A stretch of DNA of 64,000 nucleotides from the NCBI GenBank assembly GCA_964472585.1, contig CAYYLJ010000002.1, positions 57,730-121,729 on the forward strand, read 5' to 3'. Source of the stretch: an uncultured Enterobacteriaceae bacterium (GTDB lineage Bacteria > Verrucomicrobiota > Verrucomicrobiia > Opitutales > UBA953). This document shows positions 10,431 to 21,535 of this stretch, in pieces. The notes beneath the pieces were generated by a model that searched no databases, was not told where the DNA came from, and worked only from the letters and a program-made list of their open reading frames with translations. Within the stretch, counting starts at the first letter, position 1; every line of letters starts with the position of its first letter. Position numbers and translations under genes: made by a program.

Positions 10431-11765
10431 GCCCAGCGCCCGCGCGCGCCGGACCGTCGACATCAGCGAGACGCCGCCGCGGAAGCAGCCGACGAAGGCC
10501 AGTCCGGGCTCCGTCCGCTCCGCCTCGGCCAGGGCCTCCAGCAGGGCCGCGTGCCCGCTGTGGCATTGCGGGATGGAGCGGCCCCAGCGCGCGATCCACT
10601 GGCGCTCCGGCTTGCCCGCCGCGCCCAGCAGCTCGCCGAGCTCGCGGTCGACCACGGCGCCCAGCGCCTCGTCGTCGAGGGTCCCGAGCTCCGGCGACCG
10701 CGAGCCGCCCAGGAAGCAGGACAGCAGCACCTTGCCCTCGGGCGCGCAGCCGGGCAGGACGCTGGAGGGGAAGAGCACGCCGAGCACCTTGCGACCCTCC
10801 TTGCGCGGCGCGAGCAGGCCGAAGCCGCCGAGCGGGTGAGCCACGCGGGCGCGGTCATAGCCCCTGACGACCAGCGCCACCGGGGGCGCCGCCACGCGCT
10901 CCGCCTCGGCCAGGAGCCGCGCCGGCGGATGGTCGAAGGGCAGGGAGGCCCATGCCCACGGGGGCGCCGTGACGACGAGGTGCCGGCACCTGGCGCCATG
11001 CTCCGTGCCGTCCGCCTCGCGCCAGGCCACGTCCCATCCCTCCGGCCCGCGCGCGAGCCGCGTCGCCTCGGCCCCGAGCCTCAGCGCCCCCGGCGGCAGC
11101 GCGGCCGCCATCGCCTCGGCCAGCCGCGCCATGCCGCCGGCGAACCCGACCACGCGGCGCGGCGGTCCCTTGCGCCGCGCGAGCCCGAGCAGCACCGAGC
11201 CGTGCTCGCGCTCGAGGGCCACGAGGGAGGGCAGGGCGTGCTCGGCCACCAGGCGCCCCGGGTCGCCGGCGAAGATGCCGTTGACCATCGGGTCCATGAG
11301 CCGGTCGGCGACCTCGGCGCCGAACCGCCTCCCGGCGAAGCCGAGCAGGCTCTCGCCCGGCTCGCCGCCGCGCGGCACCAGGGGCTCCGCGAGCAGGCGC
11401 AGCTTGCCGCCGAGGCTGAGCAGCCGGGAGCGGAGCAGCGAGAGCGGGCTCGCGGTCAGGGCATGCAGCTCGCCGCCCCAGGCGACGAGGCGCCGCGCGG
11501 CCGCGAGGTCGGCGTCCCGCATCTCCCCTCCCAGCCCGAGCTGCTCGAGGATCGCCGCGTCGCCCGGCTCGTCGAGCTGCAGCGTGTGCGGCCCGAGCTC
11601 GACCGTCCACCCGTCCTCGCGGGCCGTCCTCACCGCCCCGCCCGCCCGGTCGGAAGGCTCGAGCACGCGGACCGACCCGCCACGGGCCGCCAGGGCCGAG
11701 GCGACGCCGAGGCCGGCGGGCCCCGCGCCGAGGATGACCGCGTCCAATTGCATTGCCCAATTCAT
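10410..11765 (-). CDS. hemY: Protoporphyrinogen/coproporphyrinogen oxidase (HemY-type FAD amine oxidase)
   Basis: Dinucleotide fold DAVILGAGPAGLG near the N-terminus, with a PPOX-like length. The start is uncertain (ATG at 11801, 11765 or 11753). The 3' end overlaps the convergent MFS gene by 21 nt. Confidence 0.75.
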   Translation of the reverse strand: MNWAMQLDAVILGAGPAGLGVASALAARGGSVRVLEPSDRAGGAVRTAREDGWTVELGPHTLQLDEPGDAAILEQLGLGGEMRDADLAAARRLVAWGGELHALTASPLSLLRSRLLSLGGKLRLLAEPLVPRGGEPGESLLGFAGRRFGAEVADRLMDPMVNGIFAGDPGRLVAEHALPSLVALEREHGSVLLGLARRKGPPRRVVGFAGGMARLAEAMAAALPPGALRLGAEATRLARGPEGWDVAWREADGTEHGARCRHLVVTAPPWAWASLPFDHPPARLLAEAERVAAPPVALVVRGYDRARVAHPLGGFGLLAPRKEGRKVLGVLFPSSVLPGCAPEGKVLLSCFLGGSRSPELGTLDDEALGAVVDRELGELLGAAGKPERQWIARWGRSIPQCHSGHAALLEALAEAERTEPGLAFVGCFRGGVSLMSTVRRARALGSALAVG

Positions 11766-11816
11766 CGCGAGGTTTTCTCGGTTGGCAACCTTGCCCGCCA
11801 TCCTTTCGATGGCGTC

Positions 11817-12578
11817 ATGTCACCCCGATTCGCCCTGCTCCTCGTCGCCGCCGGCCTTGTCGCCCAGGAGGCTCCCGCGCCCGCCCCCGCCGCTCCGGCC
11901 GCTCCGGCCGCTCCTGCCGCTCCCGCCGGCTGGGCCTACGAGGCCGACCTCGACCTCGGCGGCCGCTCCGGCCGCGAGAACGGCACCGCGCTGAGCGCCG
12001 GCGTCCGCGCCGAGCATGAGACGGCCTCCGTCGACAAGACCGTGGCCAGCCTCCGCGGCAACAGCACGACCACCGGCGACCAGAAGTCCGCCGACGACCT
12101 CCTCGGCAAGGCCAGCTACGAGCGCACGCTCGCCAAGGCCACCTTCTGGTACGTCCGCGCCGACGCCGGCTATGACCGCGTGCGCGACCTCGACCTCATC
12201 GCCCTGGGCACCGGCGGCCTGGGCTATCGCCTCGTCGAGGACGCCAAGGGCAGCTTCGACGTCCGCGCCGGTCTCGGCTATCGCGTCGAGGAGACCGACG
12301 GCTCCGGCATGGAGGACACCCGCTCCGCCGCCCTCGACCTCGGCCTCGCCTTCGAGCGCGACCTCGCCTGGGGCAAGCTCCGCATCGGCGTCGACGCCGT
12401 CCCCTCCCTCGAGGACTTCGCCGACGTCACCATCCGGCACGAGTCGTCCTTCGAGTTCCTGATCAAGGATTCCCCGCTCGCGCTCCGCGTCGGCATCACC
12501 CAGGACTACCGTTCCGAGGACCCCGACGAGAAGCTGCAGAACACCTACTTCCTGCGCCTCGTCTACCGCTGGCGCTGA
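11817..12578 (+). CDS. DUF481-like outer-membrane beta-barrel protein
   Basis: Signal peptide, an (AAP)n linker, alternating beta-strand pattern, and a C-terminus FLRLVYRWR. Confidence 0.65.
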   Translation: MSPRFALLLVAAGLVAQEAPAPAPAAPAAPAAPAAPAGWAYEADLDLGGRSGRENGTALSAGVRAEHETASVDKTVASLRGNSTTTGDQKSADDLLGKASYERTLAKATFWYVRADAGYDRVRDLDLIALGTGGLGYRLVEDAKGSFDVRAGLGYRVEETDGSGMEDTRSAALDLGLAFERDLAWGKLRIGVDAVPSLEDFADVTIRHESSFEFLIKDSPLALRVGITQDYRSEDPDEKLQNTYFLRLVYRWR

Positions 12579-12587
12579 TCCCCTCCC

Positions 12588-12965
12588 ATGCTCGCCGAGT
12601 TCCGCAACTTCATCCTCCGGGGCAACGTCCTCGACCTGGCGGTGGCCGTCATCATCGGCGCCGCCTTCAACGGCATCGTCACCTCGCTGATCGGCGACAT
12701 GGTGACGCCCCTCCTGCTCCAGCCGGCCATGGACGCCCTCGGCGTCGCCGAGCTCGAGAAGGTCCAGTGGCAGGGCGTGAAGTACGGCAAGTTCCTCGCG
12801 GCCGTCCTCGGCTTCCTCGTGACGGCCGCCGTCGTCTTCGGCCTGGTCAAGCTCGCCAACACCCTGAGCGCCCGCAAGGCAGCCGCCCCGGTCACGCCCC
12901 CGCCCCCTTCCAAGGAGGAGCAGCTCCTCACCGAGATTCGCGACCTTCTCAAGGAGCGGCGTTAA
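12588..12965 (+). CDS. mscL: Large-conductance mechanosensitive channel
   Basis: FRNFILRGNVLDLAVAVIIGAAF signature. 125 aa. Confidence 0.93.
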   Translation: MLAEFRNFILRGNVLDLAVAVIIGAAFNGIVTSLIGDMVTPLLLQPAMDALGVAELEKVQWQGVKYGKFLAAVLGFLVTAAVVFGLVKLANTLSARKAAAPVTPPPPSKEEQLLTEIRDLLKERR

Positions 12966-12991
12966 GTTGCCTACTTTCCGACGGGCTTTTT

Positions 12992-13036
12992 TGCCTAAAA
13001 ATAGGCACAAAAGCTCTTATTGCCTAATTTTAGTCA
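12992..13036 (+). promoter_or_regulatory. Two dyad sites (TGCCTA-N4-TAGGCA and TGCCTA-N4-TAGTCA); candidate enhancer-binding-protein sites
   Basis: Perfect 16-bp palindrome at 12992-13007 and an imperfect copy at 13021-13036, with centres 29 bp apart. Both lie upstream of the sigma-54-like motif. A third TTGCCTA half-site is at 12967-12973. Confidence 0.45.
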
Positions 13037-13058
13037 AAGCCGAGTTTTGTTCTAAAGT

Positions 13059-13074
13059 TGGCACAGGGGGTGCT
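13059..13074 (+). promoter_or_regulatory. Sigma-54 (-24/-12) promoter candidate for glnN
   Basis: TGGCACaggggGTGCT against the consensus TGGCAC-N5-TTGCW. GG and GC have the canonical spacing. About 30 nt upstream of the glnN ATG. Confidence 0.6.
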
Positions 13075-13102
13075 TTTATCCCGTAGCTTTCCCAAATCCA
13101 CC

Positions 13103-15283
<2,181 letters not shown>

Positions 15284-15307
15284 GGCCGGCCGCCGCCGGT
15301 CTCGACG

Positions 15308-15335
15308 GGCCGCCCTTCGGGGCGGTCTTTTTTTG
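15308..15335 (+). terminator. Rho-independent terminator of glnN
   Basis: CCGCCC-TTCG-GGGCGG stem-loop followed by TCTTTTTTT. Confidence 0.8.
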
Positions 15336-15352
15336 CCTCCTGAAAGGCCGGC

Positions 15353-15558
15353 GGATGGAAAGGGTGGAAGGGATAGAAGGGATGATTGGGGGCGAATGGA
15401 AGGAGGGCGAGACGCGGCCGGACCAGATTCATGGGGCAGCGAGGATCCATTTTAATCCTTCCTATCATTTCATCCCTTTTATCCCTTCTATCCCTTTTAT
15501 CCTTTTTATCCCTTCCTTCCGTCCCTCCCTCAGTCCCCCTCGTCCTTTCAATCTCCCC
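15353..15558. repeat. 9-mer-array inverted-arm element, copy A
   Basis: The purine arm (15353-15414) includes GGAAGGGATAGAAGGGATGA. The pyrimidine arm (15449-15558) includes TCATCCCTTTTATCCCTTCTATCCCTTTTATCC. 15370-15385 is complementary to 15470-15485 at 15 of 16 positions. The element sits between two terminators. Confidence 0.8.
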
Positions 15559-15587
15559 AAACAAAAGACCCGGCCTGGGGCCGGGTC
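15559..15587 (-). terminator. Rho-independent terminator of rpsU
   Basis: On the minus strand, GACCCGGCC-CCAG-GCCGGGTC is followed by TTTTGTTT. Confidence 0.75.
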
Positions 15588-15613
15588 TCGCGGGGCGGGC
15601 CGTCAGGCCGCGC

Positions 15614-15814
15614 TCACTTGTGCTCCCACTTCTTCCGCAGGTAGGCGTTGAAGGCCTTGACCTTGTTCTTCCGGCGCTTGCGGGTGGTGGGCTTCTCGAA
15701 GCCGCGCTTGGCGCGCGCGTCCTTGATGATGTTCTCGCGGTCGACCTTCTTCTTCAGGCGACGGAGGGCCTTGTCGACGGCCTCTCCCTTGCGGATCTTG
15801 ATTTCGACGGGCAT
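15614..15814 (-). CDS. rpsU: 30S ribosomal protein S21
   Basis: 66 aa: MPVEIKIRKGEAVDKALRRLKKKVDRENIIKDARAKRGFEKP... Confidence 0.93.
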   Translation of the reverse strand: MPVEIKIRKGEAVDKALRRLKKKVDRENIIKDARAKRGFEKPTTRKRRKNKVKAFNAYLRKKWEHK

Positions 15815-15944
15815 GGATGTGGATGAGGGTTGAGCGAAAGGGCAGGGCGGGGCCGGGGTCAACCCCGAAACCGGGCCCGCCGCGCGGGGCACTCGGCGCT
15901 TGCCGCCCCCTCCGGCGGGGGCAAGTCTGCCCGGCACCCCGCCG

Positions 15945-18900
15945 ATGTACCTCAAGGAAATCGTCGCCCAAGGTTTCAAGAGCTTCGCCGACCGCACCCG
16001 CATCGGCCTGGGGCCGGGCATGACCGCCGTCGTCGGCCCCAACGGCTGCGGCAAGTCCAACATCGTCGACGCCATCCGCTGGGTCCTGGGCGAGCAGAGC
16101 GCCAAGTCCCTCCGCGGGACGTCCATGCAGGACGTCATCTTCAGCGGCACCGACCAGCGCAAGGCCCTCCCCATCTGCGAGGTCGAGCTGACCTTCGCCG
16201 ACTGCGAGAAGGAGCTCGGCACGCAGTTCGCCGAGGTCGCCGTCATGCGCCGCCTCCACCGCGAGGGCACGAGCGACTACTTCATCAACGGCAAGCCCTG
16301 CCGGCTGAAGGACATCCAGCGCCTGTTCATGGACACCGGCGTCGGCCGCATGTCCTACTCCTTCATGGTGCAGGGGCAGATCGACCAGATCCTCTCCGCC
16401 AACCCCGCCGAGCGCCGCTACCTCTTCGAGGAGGCCGCGGGCATCACCCGCTACAAGGCCCAGCGCAAGGAGGCCCTGGCCAAGCTCGCCCTCGTCGAGC
16501 AGAACCTCGCGCGCGCCACCGACGTCGTCGAGGAGGTCGGCCGCCAGATCGCCTCGCTCAAGCGGCAGGCCGCCAAGGCGCTCCGCTACCGCCGCCTCCG
16601 GCACCGCCTGACGCACCTCGACCTCGCCTGGCAGGGGCGCCAGTGGGGCGAGCGCCGCGCCCAGGTCGTCGGCCTCGAGGCCTCCGCCCAGTCGACCCGC
16701 GAGGAGGCCGCCGGGCTCGGCGAGGCCCTCGCCGGCCGCGAGGCCGCCCTCGCCCTCGCCAAGGAGGAGCGCGCCGCCGCCGCCGAGCGCCTCGAGGCCG
16801 CCCAGCGCTCGCTCTACGACCTGCGCTCCGCGCGCGACGCCGCCGACGCCGAGGGCCGCACCGCCGGCCTCCGCGCCGACGACCTCGCCGCCCGCGTCGC
16901 CGAGGCCAGGCTCGAGGCCGACGCGCTGTCGGCCGAGCTCGCCGAGATCCAGTCGCGCCTCTCGGGCGGCGCCGCCGAGAAGGCCGCCCGCGAGGGCGAG
17001 GTCAGCCAGGCCGACGGCGCCTACCGCGGCCGCGCGCTCGAGGCCGAGGAGGCCGCGCGCGCCGTCGCCGCCGGCGAGGCCGCCCTGCGCCAGCGCCGGC
17101 AGGACCTCCTCATCGCCGAGGGCGAGATCACCCGGCACCGCGCCGATGTCACCAACCTCGAGGTCGACCTGCGCAGCTTCCAGGCGCGCCGCGCGGCCCT
17201 CGCCGACGCCCTTTACCAGGCGCGCGACGAGCGCGTCGCCGCCGAGCGCCGCGCGTCCGACTGCGCCGCCGTCGTCACCCGCCTCCATGGCGAGGCCGAG
17301 GGCGCCCGCGCGGCCGAGCAGGCCGCCGCCGACCGCGGCAAGGAGCTCCTCGCCGAGTTCCGCTCGCTCCAGCAGACCATCGCCGAGCAGGACCGCGTGG
17401 TGGCCAAGCGCTCCGCCCACCTCTCGCTCCTCGAGCAGATGCAGGCCCGCCTGGAGGGCTTCTCCGAGGGCGCCAAGGCCCTCCTCCGCGGCGAGCTCGG
17501 CGACGCCGTGCCCGCGGGCAAGGCGGCCGCGCTCTCCGCCCTGGTCGAGGTCGCCGACCCGTCGCTCTCGCCCGCCCTCGAGGCCCTGCTCGGCCAGGCC
17601 AGCGAGGCCGTCGCCCTGGACAGCGCCGATTTCCTCCCCGCCGTCGTCGGACGCCTCGCCGAGCGCGACCTCGGCCGCACCGTGCTGCACGTGCCGTCCC
17701 CGGCCCGCGCCGAGCCCGCCGGCCTTCCCGCCTGGCTCCGCCCCGCCGCCTCGGCGGTCCGTCCCCGCGGCGCCGCCGCCGCGCCCCTCGTCGCCGGCCT
17801 CTTCTCCGGCTGCTTCCTCGCGCACTCGGTCGACGAGTTCCTCGCCTGGTGGCGCGCCAACCCCGGCTTCGAGTTCCTCCAGGTCGCGACGCCCGCCGGC
17901 GACCTCGTCGACCGCCGAGGCCTGGTCTTCGCCGGCCGCCGCGCCAAGGAGGAGGCCGCCCCCGCCGGCGTCTTCTCCCGCGAGGCCGAGATCCGCGAGG
18001 GCAAGGCCCGCCTGACCGAGGAGAACGACCGGCTCACCGCCCTCAACGAGCGCGCCATGGCCCTGCAGGCCGAGCTCGACGCCAACGAGACGGAGCGCGC
18101 CGAGCGCCGCTCGGCCTTCGAGGCGGCCACCCGTGAGCACGGCGTCGCCGCCGCCGACGAGCGCGCCGCCCGCGCCGCCCTCGCCGCCGCCGACGAGCGC
18201 ATCGCCCGCGACGAGCGCCAGGTCGCCGAGCTCGAGGCCTCCCAGGCCGCCGCGACCGAGCGGCTCGAGCGCGCGAAGGGCGCCCTCTCCGGCAAGGAGC
18301 TCGACATCGAGCGCCATCGCGAGGGCATCGCCGCCGCCGAGGCCGCCCTGGCCGGCAGCCGCGCCGCCGCCGACCGCGCCCGCGACTCGCTCGCGGAGTT
18401 CCGGCTCGGCCTGGCCGAGCGCCGCCAGCAGCTCGAGCTCGCCGACCGCGCCGTGGCCGAGCTCGCCCAGCGCCGCCGCGAGGCCGAGGTCCGCCTCGAG
18501 TCCCGCCGCCGCGAGGCCGAGGGTGGCGACGCCCAGGTCGCCGCCCTGCGGGCCGGCGCCGCCGAGGCCGCCCGCCGCGCCGCCGAGGCCGAGGGCCGCG
18601 CCGCCGCCGCGGAGACCGCGCTCGAGGCCGAGCGCGCCGCCCAGACCGCCCGCGAGGCCGCGCTCGAGGCCGAGGAGCAGGGCCTGGCCGCCGGCCGCGA
18701 GGCCCGCCGCGACGCCGAGACGCGCCTCCGCGGCCTGGAGGTCTCGCTGGCCGAGGCGGCCTCGCAGTGCGCCTTCATCTCCGAGAAGGTGCTCGCCGAG
18801 CACCAGGTGGACGTGGCGTCCGTCGACTGGCGCCGCCAGCTCTGGCTCGCCGACGAGCCCTTCGAGCCGTCGCCCGGCCTGGGCGAGCTGGACGAGGACG

Positions 18901-19676
18901 AGGCCGAGGAGGGCGCGGCCCCCGCCGCCGCCCCCGCGCGCCCCGCGCGCGGCGAGCCGTCGGAGGACGACCTCCGCGCCCTCGACGCGACCGACTGGCC
19001 CCCGCTCGTCCGGGAGATCGCCGCCCTGCGCGAGCGCCTCGCCGGCATGGGCGCCGTCAACCTCGTCGCGGTCGAGGAGTACGCCTCGCTCCGCCAGCGC
19101 CACGACTTCCTTCGGACCCAGAGCGACGACCTCTGGAGGTCGAAGGAGGAGCTGACCAAGGCGATCGACGAGATCAACGCGACCTCGCTCCAGCTCTTCA
19201 CCGACACCTTCGAGCAGGTCCGGAAGAACTTCGCCTTCACCTTCGAGCGCCTCTTCAACGGCGGCAGGGCCGACCTCCACCTCGTGCAGGCCGAGGACGT
19301 CCTCGATAGCGGCATCGAGATCATCGCCCAGCCGCCCGGCACCAAGCTCCGGGGCATCTCGCTCCTCTCCGGCGGCCAGCGCACCATGACCGCGGTGGCC
19401 CTCCTCTTCGCCATCTACATGGTGAAGCCCTCGCCCTTCTGCGTGCTCGATGAGCTCGACGCGCCCCTGGACGACGTCAACGTCGGCCGGTTCACGGACA
19501 TCGTCCGCGAGTTCACCCGCCACTCCCAGTTCCTCGTCATCACCCACAAGAAGGGCACCGTGGCCGCGGCCGACGCCATCTTCGGGGTCACCATGCAGGA
19601 GAAGGGCGTGACCCGGGTCTATTCCATGCGCTTCAACCGCGAGCGCGGGGAGGCCGAGGCCTCCGGGACCCGCTGA
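15945..19676 (+). CDS. smc: Chromosome segregation protein SMC
   Basis: MYLKEIVAQGFKSFAD start, Walker A GPNGCGKSN, long Ala/Glu/Arg coiled coils, signature LSGGQRT and Walker B FCVLDELDAPLD. Confidence 0.93.
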   Translation: MYLKEIVAQGFKSFADRTRIGLGPGMTAVVGPNGCGKSNIVDAIRWVLGEQSAKSLRGTSMQDVIFSGTDQRKALPICEVELTFADCEKELGTQFAEVAVMRRLHREGTSDYFINGKPCRLKDIQRLFMDTGVGRMSYSFMVQGQIDQILSANPAERRYLFEEAAGITRYKAQRKEALAKLALVEQNLARATDVVEEVGRQIASLKRQAAKALRYRRLRHRLTHLDLAWQGRQWGERRAQVVGLEASAQSTREEAAGLGEALAGREAALALAKEERAAAAERLEAAQRSLYDLRSARDAADAEGRTAGLRADDLAARVAEARLEADALSAELAEIQSRLSGGAAEKAAREGEVSQADGAYRGRALEAEEAARAVAAGEAALRQRRQDLLIAEGEITRHRADVTNLEVDLRSFQARRAALADALYQARDERVAAERRASDCAAVVTRLHGEAEGARAAEQAAADRGKELLAEFRSLQQTIAEQDRVVAKRSAHLSLLEQMQARLEGFSEGAKALLRGELGDAVPAGKAAALSALVEVADPSLSPALEALLGQASEAVALDSADFLPAVVGRLAERDLGRTVLHVPSPARAEPAGLPAWLRPAASAVRPRGAAAAPLVAGLFSGCFLAHSVDEFLAWWRANPGFEFLQVATPAGDLVDRRGLVFAGRRAKEEAAPAGVFSREAEIREGKARLTEENDRLTALNERAMALQAELDANETERAERRSAFEAATREHGVAAADERAARAALAAADERIARDERQVAELEASQAAATERLERAKGALSGKELDIERHREGIAAAEAALAGSRAAADRARDSLAEFRLGLAERRQQLELADRAVAELAQRRREAEVRLESRRREAEGGDAQVAALRAGAAEAARRAAEAEGRAAAAETALEAERAAQTAREAALEAEEQGLAAGREARRDAETRLRGLEVSLAEAASQCAFISEKVLAEHQVDVASVDWRRQLWLADEPFEPSPGLGELDEDEAEEGAAPAAAPARPARGEPSEDDLRALDATDWPPLVREIAALRERLAGMGAVNLVAVEEYASLRQRHDFLRTQSDDLWRSKEELTKAIDEINATSLQLFTDTFEQVRKNFAFTFERLFNGGRADLHLVQAEDVLDSGIEIIAQPPGTKLRGISLLSGGQRTMTAVALLFAIYMVKPSPFCVLDELDAPLDDVNVGRFTDIVREFTRHSQFLVITHKKGTVAAADAIFGVTMQEKGVTRVYSMRFNRERGEAEASGTR

Positions 19677-19714
19677 CCGCTTGCCTCGCCCGCGGGGCGG
19701 GGTAGGGTGGCCCC

Positions 19715-20821
19715 ATGGCACTCGTCCGAATCCTCGCCCTCGCGCTGGTCGCCGGGACGCTCGCCGCCCGCGAGCGCGTCCCCCTGGCCGTCGACACCCG
19801 CCCGCTCGACCGCACCCGCCCGGGCGCGAGCCACGCCGAGATGCTGTCGCGGGTCACGCCCGCGGTGGTCAGCGTCCGCCTGGCGCTCGAGGTGGGCGAG
19901 GGCGACCTGCGCCGCGTCCCCGTCCCCAACCCGCGCCTCGTCCGCCGCGACCCCGCCACGGGCAAGTTCCTCGTCCCCATCGCCCTGGGCTCGGGCGTCG
20001 TCGTGCACCCTTCCGGGTACATCATCACCAACCACCATGTCGTCACCGCCCAGGGCCAGGTGGTCTCGCGCGTGGCGATGGTCCAGTTCGCCGACGGCCG
20101 CGACCTCCGCGGCACGCTCGTCGGGTCCGATTCCCGGACGGACATCGCCGTGGTCAAGGTCGAGGCCAAGGACCTGCCGCACCTGCGGCTTTCCGACAGC
20201 GACCAGCTCCGCGTCGGCGACGCCGTCTTCGCCGTCGGCAACCCCCTGGACGTCGGCCTCAGCGTCTCCTCCGGCATCGTCTCCGGCCTCGGGCGCAACA
20301 ACCTCACCCTCCGCGGCGGGCCCGACTACCAGGACTTCATCCAGACCAGCGCCCCGATCAACCCGGGCAATTCCGGCGGCGCGCTGGTGGACGCCGAGGG
20401 CCGGCTGGTCGGCATCAACACCGCCGTCCGGGCGGACGGCGCCGGCATCGGCTACGCCGTCTCGGGCAACCTCGCCCGCTTCATCGCGGAGTCCCTGATC
20501 GAGCGCGGCACCGTCGTGCGCGGCTATTTCGGCGCGACCGGCGAGGATGTGCCCTTCGCGGAGGCCGTCGCCGCGGGCGTCGCCCGCGGCCAGGCCTGCC
20601 GCATCATCCAGGTCGAGCCCGGCTCGCCCGCCCAGAAGGGCGGCCTGCGGGAGGGGGACCTCGTGACCTCGGTCAACGGCTACCAGCCCTCGGACTGGAG
20701 CGACCTTCGCCTCATCATATCGGGCCTCCGGCCGGGCACCCAGGCCAATGTCTCGGTCATCAGGGACGGCAAGGCGCTGTCCCTCCGCATTCCCGTCGTG
20801 GAGCGCCCCAAGGGCTTCTGA
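19715..20821 (+). CDS. HtrA/DegP-family serine protease with one PDZ domain
   Basis: Signal peptide. Catalytic triad contexts TNHHVV, TDIAVVKV and GNSGGAL. C-terminal PDZ domain (GSPAQKGGLREGDLVTSVNG). Confidence 0.88.
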   Translation: MALVRILALALVAGTLAARERVPLAVDTRPLDRTRPGASHAEMLSRVTPAVVSVRLALEVGEGDLRRVPVPNPRLVRRDPATGKFLVPIALGSGVVVHPSGYIITNHHVVTAQGQVVSRVAMVQFADGRDLRGTLVGSDSRTDIAVVKVEAKDLPHLRLSDSDQLRVGDAVFAVGNPLDVGLSVSSGIVSGLGRNNLTLRGGPDYQDFIQTSAPINPGNSGGALVDAEGRLVGINTAVRADGAGIGYAVSGNLARFIAESLIERGTVVRGYFGATGEDVPFAEAVAAGVARGQACRIIQVEPGSPAQKGGLREGDLVTSVNGYQPSDWSDLRLIISGLRPGTQANVSVIRDGKALSLRIPVVERPKGF

Positions 20822-20824
20822 ACC

Positions 20825-21535
20825 ATGGCCGCCGGCGCCCCTAGCTCCCCGCGCCGCGCGGCTTGGATGGTCCTTGTCGCCGTCGGGCTGCTCCTCGCCC
20901 TTTTGCGACCCGGCACCGTCGCCCCCGGCCCCGCCCAGCCCGACCCCTCTCCCGGTCTCAGGATGCTGGCCGACGACTCCGCCTGGCTCGACCGCGCCCG
21001 GCTCGCCGACCCGGCCTTCCTGGTCACCCCCCCGGTGCGTCCGGTCGCCGGCGGGGCTGACGGCTCCATGCCCGAGGCGACCCCCTTCCCCCCGATACCC
21101 CCCGACTTCGTCGCCTCCCCCGAGGGCGCCTTCAAGCTCCCCCTGGCCTCGGTCGATCCCGCCGAGCCCCTGATGACAGACCCCTTCCCCAAGCTGGATC
21201 GCCCCCTCGAGACCATCGGAGAAAGGGTACCCCGGGCTTTGCCCCTGGCCCGAGCCCCCATCCTTAGGGCCACCTCCTTGGATGGCCGATTGGTCATCGA
21301 GCGCCCTTTGGAGGATGAAAGTTTAGTTAAGTCTCTATTTATAAACGATTTAAGTTATAAAAATCTTCCCACTTTAGGCCTTGGAATCGATGCTTTTGGA
21401 CTGCAAGGCGCCCCCGTCTTGCTGGCGGGGACCGGGGTCGCCGATCGCGACGAGGCCCTTTTGCAGTGGGCGACCAAGCAACCTTGGGCCTCTTGGCTGC
21501 CCCCCGGCGCCTATAGGGTGGAAGTCGGCCCTTGA
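20825..21535 (+). CDS. Hypothetical membrane-anchored protein with a Pro-rich linker
   Basis: 236-aa ORF starting 3 nt after the htrA-like stop, with an N-terminal TM segment. The 5' part has host-like GC3. The 3' third (from about 21240) shifts to A/T-ending codons. Confidence 0.5.
   Translation: MAAGAPSSPRRAAWMVLVAVGLLLALLRPGTVAPGPAQPDPSPGLRMLADDSAWLDRARLADPAFLVTPPVRPVAGGADGSMPEATPFPPIPPDFVASPEGAFKLPLASVDPAEPLMTDPFPKLDRPLETIGERVPRALPLARAPILRATSLDGRLVIERPLEDESLVKSLFINDLSYKNLPTLGLGIDAFGLQGAPVLLAGTGVADRDEALLQWATKQPWASWLPPGAYRVEVGP

Noticed and set aside
15353-15558. The repeat arrays as a CRISPR array.
   Set aside because: The units are only ~9 bp, degenerate and directly abutting. There are no unique spacers, no 24-40 bp constant repeats and no cas genes in the window.
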